From Fistulifera solaris (Eukaryota), in the NCBI GenBank assembly GCA_030295235.1, contig AP026123.1, positions 496,001 through 560,000 on the forward strand: DNA of 64,000 bases. Reading direction: 5' to 3'. Both the position numbers and the translations under genes were made by a program. Below, piece after piece: positions 11,674-24,246 of this stretch; the stretch's first letter is position 1, and each line of letters opens with the position of its first letter. A model generated the notes under the pieces. That model saw nothing but the letters and a program-made list of their open reading frames with translations. It was not told the origin of the DNA and did no database searches.

Positions 11674-13985
11674 ATGTTACAAAGCAAAGCGAAACAGACG
11701 GGCAACATCAGCAGGAACGATGCTGAGGGCCAAAACCATGTGCTGCTCTCGCTGCGGTTCCTAATTTTTTCCTTTTTATCTGTGGTTATTGTCTCATTCA
11801 TTACCGGGAGGCACTGTCAACTGCTTATTCTTAGTGCCTTGAAAGGACGAGTTGATTCGATTGGTTACGACACATCAAATTCTCGTTTAGCTGTGAACCG
11901 CACCGACAAGCCAAAAGACGAATCAGACCATGACGAGAATTTTAACGACAATGAGAACACAGATACGGAAATGAATGAAGATATTATACCAGGTCGCCAA
12001 TTGCTAGTTGATATTGAGAACGTTGACGCTTTGTTTCTCGATTCAAAGCACCTATTACGACGTGCTATCATCAGTTATCTCGACGAACGAAAGATCAATG
12101 ATATTCTTTTCCAGCCAGAGTGTGCTTCGACGAGCAACGGACTTTTTTGTTATGCGATGTTGAGGAACGGGGTCGCATAACCCTTGACACGTGGCCATTG
12201 AGAGGTACTATTTCAATTACCATCATGATCAACGACTCCGACGAAACGCTTATATCTGATCTACAAATTATTGAGCACGTATTTGGTATCCCGAGAAAAA
12301 GAAGCCGCTTTGGACCGCAAGTACAAGAGCCCTTTCTGCGATGGGCAACAAAGACTAGGGGATTCTTCGAGAAATTGCAAAATGTCGAAGAAGTTGATAT
12401 TAAATCATACATTACAAGTCCCTTGGACTGGCCTTATAAGAAGAGAGTAGCGTCGATCGAAACGAAATACCAAACGATTGAGATCTACGATATGCTCCAC
12501 CCCCGCCTAGGGTCGATGGAGACGTACACAAACATGAAGAACAACCCGAACTCGTATGAAGCGATTAACCACCACCTCTTCCGCCCAGATCGACTGGTCT
12601 ATCTTGACGGGGTCCTGCAGTCTCGCTTTTTCGGGGAAGCTGCTTACCATGAAGTCCTCGTCCATCCCGCACTACTAGCGCATCCCAATCCAAGGCGAGT
12701 CGCTATCATAGGAGGCGGTGAAGGTGCCACTATGCGAGAGGTTCTGAAGCACAAAACTATAGAAACCGTCACAATGATTGATATTGACGAAGAAATGGTT
12801 GAATTTTCGCGACAATATCTTCCTGAATGGAGCGATTGCAGCTTTCTCGAAGGAGATGATGGTTCTTGCTATGATGATCCGCGGTCAGAATTTTTCGGTT
12901 TAGATGCAGTTACATGGTTTTTGGATCGTTATGGTGGTGGTATTGGAGTGAGAGATTTAAAGGAAAAACAGTATGATGTCATTATCATGGACGCTCTGTA
13001 AGTGGACGACGATTTATCATGAACCGCAAACAGATGTCTTCTCACTTTGTGCTGTTGTCTCTTTTATTGGAAAAGTGATCCCGACTCCAAAACTCCTTTT
13101 TCGGATGTTCTCTACAACAACAAAGATTTTGTCAAAGCTTTGAACAATGCACTGACCGAAGATGGTATTTTGATTCTACAGACGGGTTGTGCCGCCGACG
13201 GAAAGGAATATCCAGCAGAGTATCACGAAGAGACAAGTCATGAGATTACTTTGAAGCGAAACTTGGAAGCGGAAGGATTTGCACGCATTTATGAATACGA
13301 AGACATTCACGGAGGGTTTTTGGATGTTTGGACGTTTATGATCGCGTTCAAATCTTTCCGGTCAGAGAGACGCTGGTTTGCGAATCAAGCGCAAATCGAT
13401 ATGGAACTCCACAGTCGTGCCATGTCAACTAAATCGGGCGGATTCCCCTTTCAATTCTTTGACGGGGCAACGATGGTATCGCTGCAGTTGCTGTCACGCG
13501 TAAGCGCTGATTTCAAGTGTAAGATGGATGCTCATCACAGTTACTGCGAAGGCAAGCATGGATTCGATCCTGATCGCAACCACGTTGAAAGTTTTTCGGC
13601 GACGGGTTCAGACGCGTCCGTCATCCCTGCAGGATCATACATTGGGTTGGATGAAGCAGTGAACGCGATTGAATTTCGGGAGTCGGCGACGAAGATGATT
13701 CAACAGCTCTCAAGAATCGACTCAAAACTCCAAACCGTGGAGACTTTCATTAGTCACTTTGTCGTACCGATGTGTATTGAAGATTATGCCGGCATGATGG
13801 ACCCTTTTCACCCTGAAATTGCTCTTTTTGTGAAGAGTACGATGTCAGAGGGTTTGTTCTGTGACAACGAGTTTCTTGTTTGGAACGAAAGAGACCTCCG
13901 TACTCGTCGAGCTGTGGTCCTCTACAGCCGAGACAGCGAGTTGTATTTGAAACCCAGCCGTTGCGTTATTTCTTCTGAAATCTAG
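11674..13985 (+). CDS. Membrane-anchored AdoMetDC-like / aminopropyltransferase (spermidine synthase family) fusion with a SET-domain remnant
   Basis: GRQLLVDIENVDALFLDS...ITLDTWP; intact APT motifs YLDGVLQS, YHEVLVHP, IIGGGEGATMREVLKH, MIDID, DVIIMDAL|DP. Intron 12998-13075; frameshift at the G run ~12169-12172. Confidence 0.85.
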
Positions 13986-14421
13986 CTGCAATCAATCGTC
14001 GATGATGATTGTTTCCAAATAATGAGCGCTTTTCGATATGGTGGGAGAAATAATGGACGGCCCGACGCAGTGACCAGTGACACGCAATAAGAAAAGTTTC
14101 CGTTGTCCTCTGGAAGAATGATTGACGTGTGACATCTTACTTTATGATGTATAGTCTCTGACTTTTTGTCCGTTGAAATTTTAACTATAAGCATTCATGT
14201 TGAATTATTGCGCGGAGCGCGTGGACAATCAAAGAAAAATTAAGCCTCCACTCGGAAGTTCTTCGTGAGTTTTTCAAAAGATGACTTCTTGCGTGAATGA
14301 GGTCTCTGTTCGTTTGTGTTCCGTGGTGGATGGTTCTCATTTCCAATCTTTCGTGTTTCAAGTTGCCAGTTGCAACACAAACAATGCAAAGTAGATCAAA
14401 GGCAGGATATATTATTCAACA

Positions 14422-16832
14422 ATGATCACTCGACGACTGCGAATCGTTTTGAGCGGGCTTACCGTCATCCCGGTCCTCCGTGCTTGGCCGAGCGACATCG
14501 TTCCGGCGCATTTAGGCAAAAAGACAGTGTTACTCACCGGGGGCGCGGGCTTTGTGGGGAGCCATGTAGCCGAATTGCTCCTAGATCGAGGCGATGATGT
14601 TGTTATTGTCGATGAAATGAATGACTACTATGACACGGCAATCAAAGAGTCGAATTTGCGCACTCTAATTGAGAAATATGGCGACCAGCGACTGAAAATA
14701 TATCGTGACGATCTATGCAATGCAACCATGTTGGCTGAGCTTTTTGAGACGGAAAAGCCAGAGTGGCTAGTTCACCTTGCTGCTAGAGCCGGTGTAAGAT
14801 CCTCCATTGAAGACCCCTTTCTTTATGTTCACTCGAATGTGAGAGCGACGGTAAATTTGCTACAATTCAGTCAAAAGCACGGCGTACGGAATTTCGTCTT
14901 CGCTAGCTCTTCTTCGGTTTATGGGGGATCAAAGTCCACTTTCTTTGACGAATCAGAAAATGTTAATCGGCCGATCAGTCCTTACGCGGCTACGAAGAAA
15001 GCGGGGGAGTTTCTGCTATACACATATCATCACCTGTATGGGCTCAACACGACAGCGTTGCGATTCTTTACCGTTTACGGTCCTCGCGGACGTCCCGATA
15101 TGGCTCCTTTTAAGTTCATTGACAGCGTCAGCAAAGGCGAAGCGATTCAACAGTTCGGGGACGGATCGAGTAGTCGCGATTACACGTATGTTGAAGATAT
15201 CGCAAAGGGGTTCTTTTAGCCCTCGACCGTCCTTATCCTTACGAAATCTTCAACCTTGGCAAAGGTGACGGAACGAAACTTTCGGAATTTATCACGTTGG
15301 TGGAGAAGTACGTGGGGAAGAAAGCAAACATTGAATACCTTCCCGATCAACCCGGTGACGTTCCTTTCACATGTGCGAATGTCACAAAGGCGCAATCGTA
15401 CTTGGGCTATCAACCAAGTGTCACCTTTGAGGAGGGCATTCGGCGTACAGCTGAATGGTACAAGAGTGTCTTTCCGGATACTCTATCGTCCAAGCAGCTT
15501 CGCGGGCCTGCAGCGAGACCGAGGCGTACTCGTCGACTAAGCGTACCTCGCACTGCTTTTTCGACAAGAAAGTTGATCGGCTCTACTGAGACTTTACCGT
15601 GGAACGATACTCCACTGGTTGAACCACATACTGGCAAGAAGACAGTCTTGCTTACCGGCGGCGCTGGTTTCATTGGAAGTCACGTTGCCGAGCAACTTCT
15701 AGCTCGAGGGGATGATGTAATTATCGTCGATGAGGTGAACGATTACTACGATTTGTCAATCAAAGAATCCAATTTACAAATGATTATGGGCAAGTACGGC
15801 ACGAGCAGAGTCCAGATATATCGCGCAGATATTTGCGACAAGGAGATAATGCAGCACATTTTCGAGACGCATCGTCCGGAATGGTTAGTCCACCTTGCGG
15901 CCAGAGCCGGAGTCCGACCCTCTATACAAGACCCGTTACTCTATGTTCATTCGAATGTTGAAGGGACGTTGCGGCTTCTGGATCTCAGCCGCTTGTATGG
16001 CGTTAAGAACTTTGTTTTTGCTAGCTCTTCTTCTGTATATGGTGGTTCGACATCGACGTACTTCAGCGAAGACGAGGTCACTGACAATCCAATCTCTCCG
16101 TATGCAGCAACCAAGATTTCAAGTGAGCTCATGGCGTACACATATCATCATTTATATGGCTTGAACATAACTGGACTTCGCTTCTTTACTGTCTTCGGTC
16201 CAAGAGGAAGACCAGATATGGCCCCGTTCACCTTCATTGACAGAATTAGTCGCGGCAAAACAATACAACAGTTCGGCGATGGAACGAGTAGTCGCGATTA
16301 CACGTATGTCGACGATATTGCCAACGGGGTCCTTCGTGCCTTGGATCGCCCATACCCGTATCAAATATTCAACCTTGGAAAAGGCAGTGGTACAAGTCTG
16401 TCGGAATTTGTTCAGACGGTCGAAAAGTATGTCGGGAAGACAGCCAACATAGAAGTTCTCCCAGATCAACCTGGTGACGTTCCAAGAACGTGTGCTGACG
16501 TCCGAAAAGCGGAACATTTGCTCGGCTATAAATCCCAAGTATCTTTTGATGAAGGTATTCGACAGACGGTTGAATGGTATCAGCAAACATACCCTATCGG
16601 GAACGATACCGGATCATCACAGTCAGGTCTCTCGAGCTCGGCTGCCATCACCCATGTCCGTTCTGGCGCAGGATCATCTGGCAAAATGGAAACTCGGTTT
16701 TCCGTTGACGATTTCTTTCTTTCCGACTGGCCTTGCTCTTTGGCATACGTTCAGTGGGCCCTCTTGGTCGCTTTTCTGATTCGCCGCTTCTGGCATAAAA
16801 ACAAATTGAGCTTCAACAAACACGGCAAATAA
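14422..16832 (+). CDS. Tandem two-domain UDP-glucuronate 4-epimerase-like (extended SDR) protein with C-terminal transmembrane helix
   Basis: Two complete copies of TGGAGF(V/I)GSH, HLAARAGVR, ASSSSVYG, YAATK, RFFTV(Y/F)GPRGRPDMA, RDYTYV. Adding one G at 15207-15210 gives GVLLALDRPYPYEIFNLGKG, matching domain 2 and making a single ORF. Confidence 0.88.
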
Positions 16833-18167
16833 GCGATTCCGCGCATTGCTTTTCGATGGTAGGAAACTACTTCCCAGTGCATGGTGGCATCGACATGATA
16901 TCGTTACTTCGATTTTAGGCCCTTGACAACGGTAGCTTCTCGACCTTGACAATTCAAGCTGTAATGAATACTGTACGACTTTGTTGAACTCCAGGCTAAT
17001 TTATGTATCCATGTAAAACACATTAATTGATGTATTAACTTTTTTACCGAGGCGATGCGAGTAAAACGATGAATTGTAGCAGGAAGCAATGAAACGCCAC
17101 CCTACCAGTATGTCGAGTGTTAATTATGTAGCGACCCTATCGAGGGTATATTATCAATCACTCAAAACTTTGTTTACGGATGAATTTATTTGTTCCAGAC
17201 ATAAGAACCACAAATTGTAGACTTTCCTAGCATCAATTCTTCATTTCCACACGTATGACACATAAACAATAATACAGTCTGCGAAGAGTTGTTCTAAATG
17301 AGATAAGATTCCTTTAACGCCTTGTTGAGTGTTTGCTGCTGGAATAATTAGCGTTACCTGGTATCGCCTTCATCAAAAATCACACCATGTAGGTCATAAT
17401 ATGACACAACTAAATTTCATTCCCGGATATGTCGACGACACTTCTTATGGATTAAAACACACCCTAGCGGGAAATTGCTTCTTAGTACTCGGTTTTATAG
17501 AGCAACAAGCATTTGATTTTTGTTTTGCGTTCATGTAGATCATGTTGTTAGCTGTTACTACGTTGTTTGCCTTGTACGGGCGAAAGGACACGACTAATCT
17601 TTGATTCGCAGTCCCGGAAATGTCGTCGCATCATTTTCAACTACGAACCGGCACTCATATTCTTATACACGAAAACAGGTAGATTACAGAGTTACGAATT
17701 CTTAGTACCGTTCCTTGCCCGGTTGCGATATCATGAAAAGTCATCTATTTGGCTTATTACACGCTAATGGAGATTCAAATTATCTATGACACAAAAGTAG
17801 TCTCTGTAACGTTTACGTTTACTGCATCCGCTCCGTCACCTCCGCGCTGCGTTAGCAACGAAAAGATCGATGGGCTCGAGTACGAGTTAATTCGCATTTG
17901 CAGCCTGGCTCTTTGACTATCGCGCAAGTGGCTATCTGCTGTTGTCAAGACGTGAAAATCCAGAGAGGAACGTCTGCACCTTCTCGTATCGGCCTAGATC
18001 GCATCGAAAGCGCCACGCAAAGTTTATGCTTATGCATTTCCCTATGGAACGAGCACGAACATCTCCTCCCCTCGCGACGAGGTGATTGTTTTGAACGAAA
18101 GCCTAATCTTCGTCCAGGAAGTTTCTCATTCTCCGAGCCACGAAGAAGACCTCAATCACATCAACCG

Positions 18168-20522
18168 ATGCGACGGCGGCCGCCGTCATCGTCAACTGTT
18201 TACGCTAGCAATCAGTACAACGGCAAAATTGACTATACTCGAAATACAATTTCGAACGATCGGCCGCAGCCGCCATCTGCCATGCATTCCTTCGACAAAA
18301 GAGATAGCAGAAGTGTAAGAGAATACGCTTCTTCCTCATCTACGTCGTCGGCAAGGGTGGCACCTCAAGCGACAGAAAATCGAGATCGATACGTTCATCC
18401 CATGCTGGTCGGTCGTTTTATTCCTGCCTCCGTCGTTCAACAAGAAAAGATGGAAAGCTTCACGCCACAATGTACACCGGATCTATCTGAGATTTACTCT
18501 CACTCCAGTAGCGGTAGTAGTCAGAAGCTTACGGAAGAAGGTTTGTTAGCTTCGAACACATCTATCGGTGATTTTGAAACGGTCAAGCAAACACCGAGGT
18601 CAATAGATTGCTTCACGAAAGAGCAAGATAACCCTCCATCAACGACAAAGCAGAAGCCTCTGTGCGAAGAGGTTACCTGTTCCGCAAAGACTCCTCTGTC
18701 GCCTACTGCGAAAGAAGAAACGTTAAATTCACTTCTCGAAGAAGCGACGACGATGGGTGTCAAGTCTGGACCGGAGGCGGCAGAGAACTCTGAGAACCTG
18801 CTTGTACATTCAGAAAAGACTTCAGTGATTCTAAATAACGAAGCTGTCGACAAGAATTATGATTGCAAAACAAAGATTAAATCTCATGCGAATTGCAACA
18901 TTCAGCCACCATCCAAGAAGCGGAAAATGATTGCTCCCGATGACGAATGCAGAGATCTTTCGGACGTGCGAGTCGGGTGCAGAGTTGCCGTGTTTTGGGA
19001 TGGCGAGAACGCTTATTTTGAAGGCACGGTGACGCGTGAACGCAGAAATCACAAGCGCCGGTACTTCATAGAGTATGATGACGGTGACCGGGAGTGGATT
19101 GATTTTACAAAACACAAATTTTACTTGGTGGAACAACAGCCAAACGGCACACAAGAACTACATCTCTCCAAGCGCAAGCGCAAACTTAGTTGTGACGTTT
19201 CCCCTCCGTTTGATGCTGAAATGAAGGGCCATAACTCAAAGCCGATTCCAGGATCGATTGATTGCCCCAGTATTCGTACTGAGGATCCAAAAGACATACA
19301 AGCTGGTAATGATTGGGTGCACACCTATAACAACCCCAAAGTGAAGGCAGAACTCAATAGCTCCGATGACTCCGAGACCGACGAAGACGAAATTATGGAA
19401 TGGGCGGTGAAAATGTTTGGCATCAGACCACCGATCGCTCGTCCGAAGATTCAGTCTGAAGATGCAGCACGAAGTGTACTGCAACTTCATTACCCTCCTT
19501 CAAATCAGGACGACCGTGTTTATGGTGGTATTTCGGAGGCTGTTAAGCGTAGAAGAAGCTGTGTAGTTTCTACCACGAACGTTCAGGGAGTGAAAACGCC
19601 AGAACCGCAATTTGTGCATCGAGATCGACCAAAGCCTACGCATCGCGTCAAGATTAGAAAATCGGCGTTGCTTGCGAATCCAGTTGTTGAGCCCGATAAG
19701 GACGAAGACGTTGAGGCAAAGCGTAAGAAAGAGTTGGCTAGAGCTTTGACGGCGGAGGAAATCAGAATGATATTGGGTGAAGACGAGTGTGTTGGTCCAT
19801 GCTCCACAAACTGGGTCCGCCGTTCCGTTAGACAGCCCTCAAAGCACGCCTTGAACTCTCCGAGGGTAAAAGACCTGATAGAAAAGTTAAAAAGCAATGA
19901 TCCAGACATGGTGGTTTTGAAGATGAAGAAATACGTTAATGATCCGAACACACCCTGTCTAGTGATCGATGCTGTCCTTGCTGCGCTGGAAGAAAATACG
20001 AATTGCGAAGCGCTCTATATTCAGGTAAGTCGATGAAGTCGAAACTGATTTAGTTTGATGCTCCTCAGTATCCTAACGTTGACCGTTCCTCTTCAGAATT
20101 TTAACGAAGGCATGCGAGACGAACAGATGATGAGCCTACTTCAAGTACTCCAGCGTTCCTCTTGTAAGATCTGGTGCTTGAATATTGGGGAGACGTACAA
20201 AGTCAAGCAGAAAACGTGGAAGAAATTCGCGATCGGCTTGAAGAAAACAAAGATCACCCACATGTACGCTTCGGAGCATGTGATATCTACCGAGCTAAAA
20301 GATCAGATTCGGTCGACAATTCGAGATAACCGGTCGAAGCACTCTATGCATTGCGACCCCAGCAATCTTGATACCATTATCAAGTGCACTCACTGCTGGT
20401 GGAACCCAGTCAATACAAAAAGTTTGCGACCGTACTTGAAGAAGAGGGGCTACGACCGCATTTTGGGGGACAGTGAATTCCAGGGCTTGCCCGGTTCAAC
20501 TTCGGGGGCGGCTCTATCGTAG
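18168..20522 (+). CDS. Nuclear protein with Tudor-like domain and C-terminal RNI-like leucine-rich region
   Basis: VGCRVAVFWDGENAYFEGTV...YFIEYDDGDREWIDF (Tudor); basic NLS-like runs; C-terminal LEENTNCEALYIQ|NFN...IWCLNIGE. Intron 20025-20096 with ctaac branch point. Start codon uncertain. Confidence 0.7.
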
Positions 20523-20702
20523 CATCGGGCGAGTTTCAAGAAATCACCTAGACTGGTGAATACTATTTCATATAATTAATTGTACGATTTAAATGTGAAA
20601 GCAAAGTGCAATTGACAGAAAATTTGAGCTAATGTTATTTGTGGGCTCAAAAGAACTATTTTTGAGAGACTTAGCGATTCGTCTAACATATCAGCTGCTG
20701 AA

Positions 20703-21254
20703 TTATCTATTTTTCGACTCCATGAGCTTCTGTCGTCTATTCCGTAATTGCTGTACAAGCTCTTCGGCAATTTCAATTCCACCGTTCCAGTCGTCAGTAG
20801 AAAGCTCAGAACTCTCCTCAGCACCGTGAGTCTCCTCATCCAGTTTTGATAAATCAAAGTTCAGTAGTGAAGCTTGCATTTGCATTAGCATGGCGGGTGT
20901 TTTCGAATTTCGTCGTTGAAATCGCCGCCTTTTGGTGGGTGGTTCTGTGTCGGGCGCAGCATGGCCGTATCCGTAATCTTGTTGATCGAGTTCAAATGAA
21001 ACTGATTTCAAATTCGTTTCTTTCTCTAAATCTCTCCCTAACGCTAACGCTGCTTTCAAAGACTTTCCATTCGCTATCATCTTGCTCAACGACATTGAAG
21101 AACTGCTGAGTTGTATGCATGGGCTTTTCATGTCACCGTAGCCGTAAAAGTCGACCGCTGCTTTTGAAGACAGCTCATCCGCTGGCTCCAGGGAATTCAG
21201 CGTCCTTATTGATTCGATGGCGGACGAAGAGATATCGTGATTTGTAGCAACCAT
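20703..21254 (-). CDS. Hypothetical protein with KRRRFQRRNS motif
   Basis: 183-aa ORF from ATG 21254 with repeated D(F/Y)GYG motifs, basic motif and acidic C-terminus. Confidence 0.6.
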   Translation of the reverse strand: MVATNHDISSSAIESIRTLNSLEPADELSSKAAVDFYGYGDMKSPCIQLSSSSMSLSKMIANGKSLKAALALGRDLEKETNLKSVSFELDQQDYGYGHAAPDTEPPTKRRRFQRRNSKTPAMLMQMQASLLNFDLSKLDEETHGAEESSELSTDDWNGGIEIAEELVQQLRNRRQKLMESKNR

Positions 21255-22665
21255 TGTTTGTATTGAAAATGAAATTGATTCGTAATCGTTTGTGTCAAAA
21301 CACCGTGTTGATAAATTTTGACGTGATCGCTGTCTCTGAAAAAGAGACGGCAGTTTCGACGCTTGGCGGCCCTGCGAAATGGAAAACGGTCCAGGCACGA
21401 TCCGCTGATGCAAAAAAGAATCGCTGCCCTACTTTTTAATTGATACATATCTCTCCTCACTGGAAAGAACCGTCTGTTGTGTGTGTTAGGGCCTTTCTAG
21501 GAACACGAAAGCGCGCTTCGAAGAAAATGATGTAAAAAAATCATGTACTGAATTATATCGCTGAGTATTCATTGGCCCTGATGGTGAACAAGGCGAGCAT
21601 CATCAACTATCTTTATAACGTGCTTGTGGTACAAGCTTGAACGCGAAAACTGGTCTGGGATTGGGGAAGATTCCAATACACTAGACTATCAATAAATGGT
21701 TTTCGACTAAAATTACTCCCAAACAGTTAACCATATAAAAAAGAACCCTTGGAACTTGAATAATCAGGCCCAGCGCACAATCCCTTTCCGAGACTACATT
21801 ATCATCCATATAATAGCTAGAGTATCTAGAGTAAAGTAGCCGTTAGTGGTGAATGAGTTCAGACGACATTGTACATGACGTAGTAGGCGCTATTCACTGA
21901 AACTTTTTCACCTTAAATACAATGGTTTACTGGAAAATTTGAACTTAATTATTACAACACGAAAGCGAATCGCGAATAGCGGATAGCGCCCAACGGAATA
22001 GTACTATAACCTCAACAAAAGAAACAGTGGAGAAAGGATGTCTCTTGGGAGAAATCCAACCATCCGAAAATGTTTCGTTGTTCGGGACTCGGAACCTAAA
22101 CGCCTCTATGACCTGACCAATCATCAACCCACCTGGTATCTATCTGTGAATAACCACTGCTCTGAATTCGACTTGATCTGCCTGCAATGCATTGAAATTG
22201 AATTCAAGGGGAACGCATCAAGCTAGGTGCTTGAGGACAGAAACTTAGATAAGCCTTGGTTACCGTGCGCCTAGCGCCTACCTGGTAGCGCCTAGCTAGA
22301 GGGTGCCTACCTAAATTATCAGCGATCAGAACATTGATGGCTATGCGCTATGCGCATTTAGCCTTGAGCTACAACCATGCAGAGTCCGATTGGCACTGTT
22401 GGCTATGACTACCATGATCCGATCTGTCGGGGATCACTCTGGTAGCTGGGAGTGAGAGAGGGGGCTTTGTACAACTCAAGGCAATGCGAACAGTTCGAAA
22501 ACTACGGCGATTTTTACAAGACAGTAGACTAGAGATTCAACAACTCATTGGTAGCTAGCATGAGTTCTAAAATATTTTGTAGAAGAAACTACGGACATGC
22601 ACAAAACTTCTATTCGCCGCTCCAAATTCCCGCGAACTCGGAGGGGATCCTCCTCGCGCCGTAGA

Positions 22666-23727
22666 CTATCGTGACATTTGTCGCATGTTTTTGGAAAGCT
22701 TGAACTCGGGTCGTCCATTTAGGAGTGTCGTGACCATTTCACTTTTCGGTTCTTCGTTACAGGAACCCAAACGGATCGGTGTTTCCATTCCGTAGCCATC
22801 TTCCAGATAAGCAAAAATCTGCCAATCGTACGGATAGGCTTTGATCGCAACACACTCCTCTCCCCGGCAACTAAAACGAAGGCAAACGTAGGTTTCGTCG
22901 AAACCACGGTCAAAAATCACCTTTTGTGCTTTCTTCTTCGCCCCAGGAGCTAGTAAATTGATCCCCCAAGAGTCGATGTTTCTCCAGAAAGGGTTAATGA
23001 GCAAGAACAGGCGGTCTTTCATCTCTTGATCTATTGTTTCGATATCGTTGATGTACTTGACGTCCGCATTCGGGAAAACCAGCGCTTGAACGTCAAATTT
23101 GGCTCCTTCTTGGGCCTCCGCTGAATGCAAAGCAGAACCGTCAAAGTCCCATATATCTTGATTCTTGACCACTGGAGATAAAATTTGTTCGGACGATACA
23201 CGAATGCTTCGTAATAATTCACGAGCGAGCGGCTTTGCGGCTTCGCGGTACATTTGTTGCGCCCCTCCGGGCCATTGGTTGCTGCTGGTAAACGAGTCTT
23301 CCTCTTGCAGCAGAAAGAATCGTACGGTTTGCCGTGTGACGCCGTCTCGATAGGCTCTTTCCACAGCACGCGCTGCCTGAGCTACCATATCATCTCTCGT
23401 TACGGGAACTTCCACCATTCTTCCCCGATCCAGTGGTGCTTCGTTGGCTCGTCGGCTCTTTCGTTCTTCGGCGGCCTTCATTTCTCGGTCCTTTTTTTCC
23501 TTGGCTTCACTTTCAACCTCGTGTATTGTTTTTCCCTCCATGGCAGCAATCTCCGCTCGCAGTTGCGCCGCCTTGTCGCGCAGCGCTTGCGCCTCCACGG
23601 CGGCGTCATCCATGGTCGATGGTAGGGATGTCACAAAAGTCATTGCCGAACGAGGCGACGATATGAATGCGGAAATTTCTGTCGAATGGATAGCGAGGAA
23701 AGCGGCGAAATATTGTACAGATCTCAT
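22666..23727 (-). CDS. Plastid-targeted DUF1995 (LPA3-like) protein
   Basis: Bipartite presequence (ISA|FIS), coiled coil, then QAARAVERAYRDG..RQ and WPGGAQQM, FLLINP, KAYPYDWQIF motifs typical of DUF1995. Confidence 0.75.
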   Translation of the reverse strand: MRSVQYFAAFLAIHSTEISAFISSPRSAMTFVTSLPSTMDDAAVEAQALRDKAAQLRAEIAAMEGKTIHEVESEAKEKKDREMKAAEERKSRRANEAPLDRGRMVEVPVTRDDMVAQAARAVERAYRDGVTRQTVRFFLLQEEDSFTSSNQWPGGAQQMYREAAKPLARELLRSIRVSSEQILSPVVKNQDIWDFDGSALHSAEAQEGAKFDVQALVFPNADVKYINDIETIDQEMKDRLFLLINPFWRNIDSWGINLLAPGAKKKAQKVIFDRGFDETYVCLRFSCRGEECVAIKAYPYDWQIFAYLEDGYGMETPIRLGSCNEEPKSEMVTTLLNGRPEFKLSKNMRQMSR

Positions 23728-24246
23728 TTTGCAAGTCTTCTTTCAAGTAAAATCCAATCTGTGCAGAAGGGAATTGTTGTGTTCTTTTCTTTGTCAATGT
23801 TTTTGTTGCTTGAGAAGAACAAAATGAAACTGAATCAGAAGAACGCCATGGCTGACCACGGCGAGTGACGACGTGACGACGTTACAAATGAGAAACGGGA
23901 AAGAATCAAGCTCGGGACTTAAACCACTGTAAAAGAAATAGAACATCTTCTTGTTTTATTGTATGAGAGCACACATGTTATCGGACCGTTGAAACTTCAC
24001 GTTTTCGCAAAACACTCTTTTGGTTTTGAAGAGAAACGGATGGGTGGAGGTTTTGATGAAAACGGATCGCCATGATTTATAATTGAAAACCTTCCTTGGT
24101 CGTTACGCTAACATTTTACGACTCAATTCGTCGATGGAGCTGTTTTCCTTTTGTTGTCATACATATCTGCGTGATTTGTTTTGTGCATATTGAGCGGCTT
24201 CATATTGCACGCAGAATTCATCTTCTTCATAAAAAAGTATCCAACC

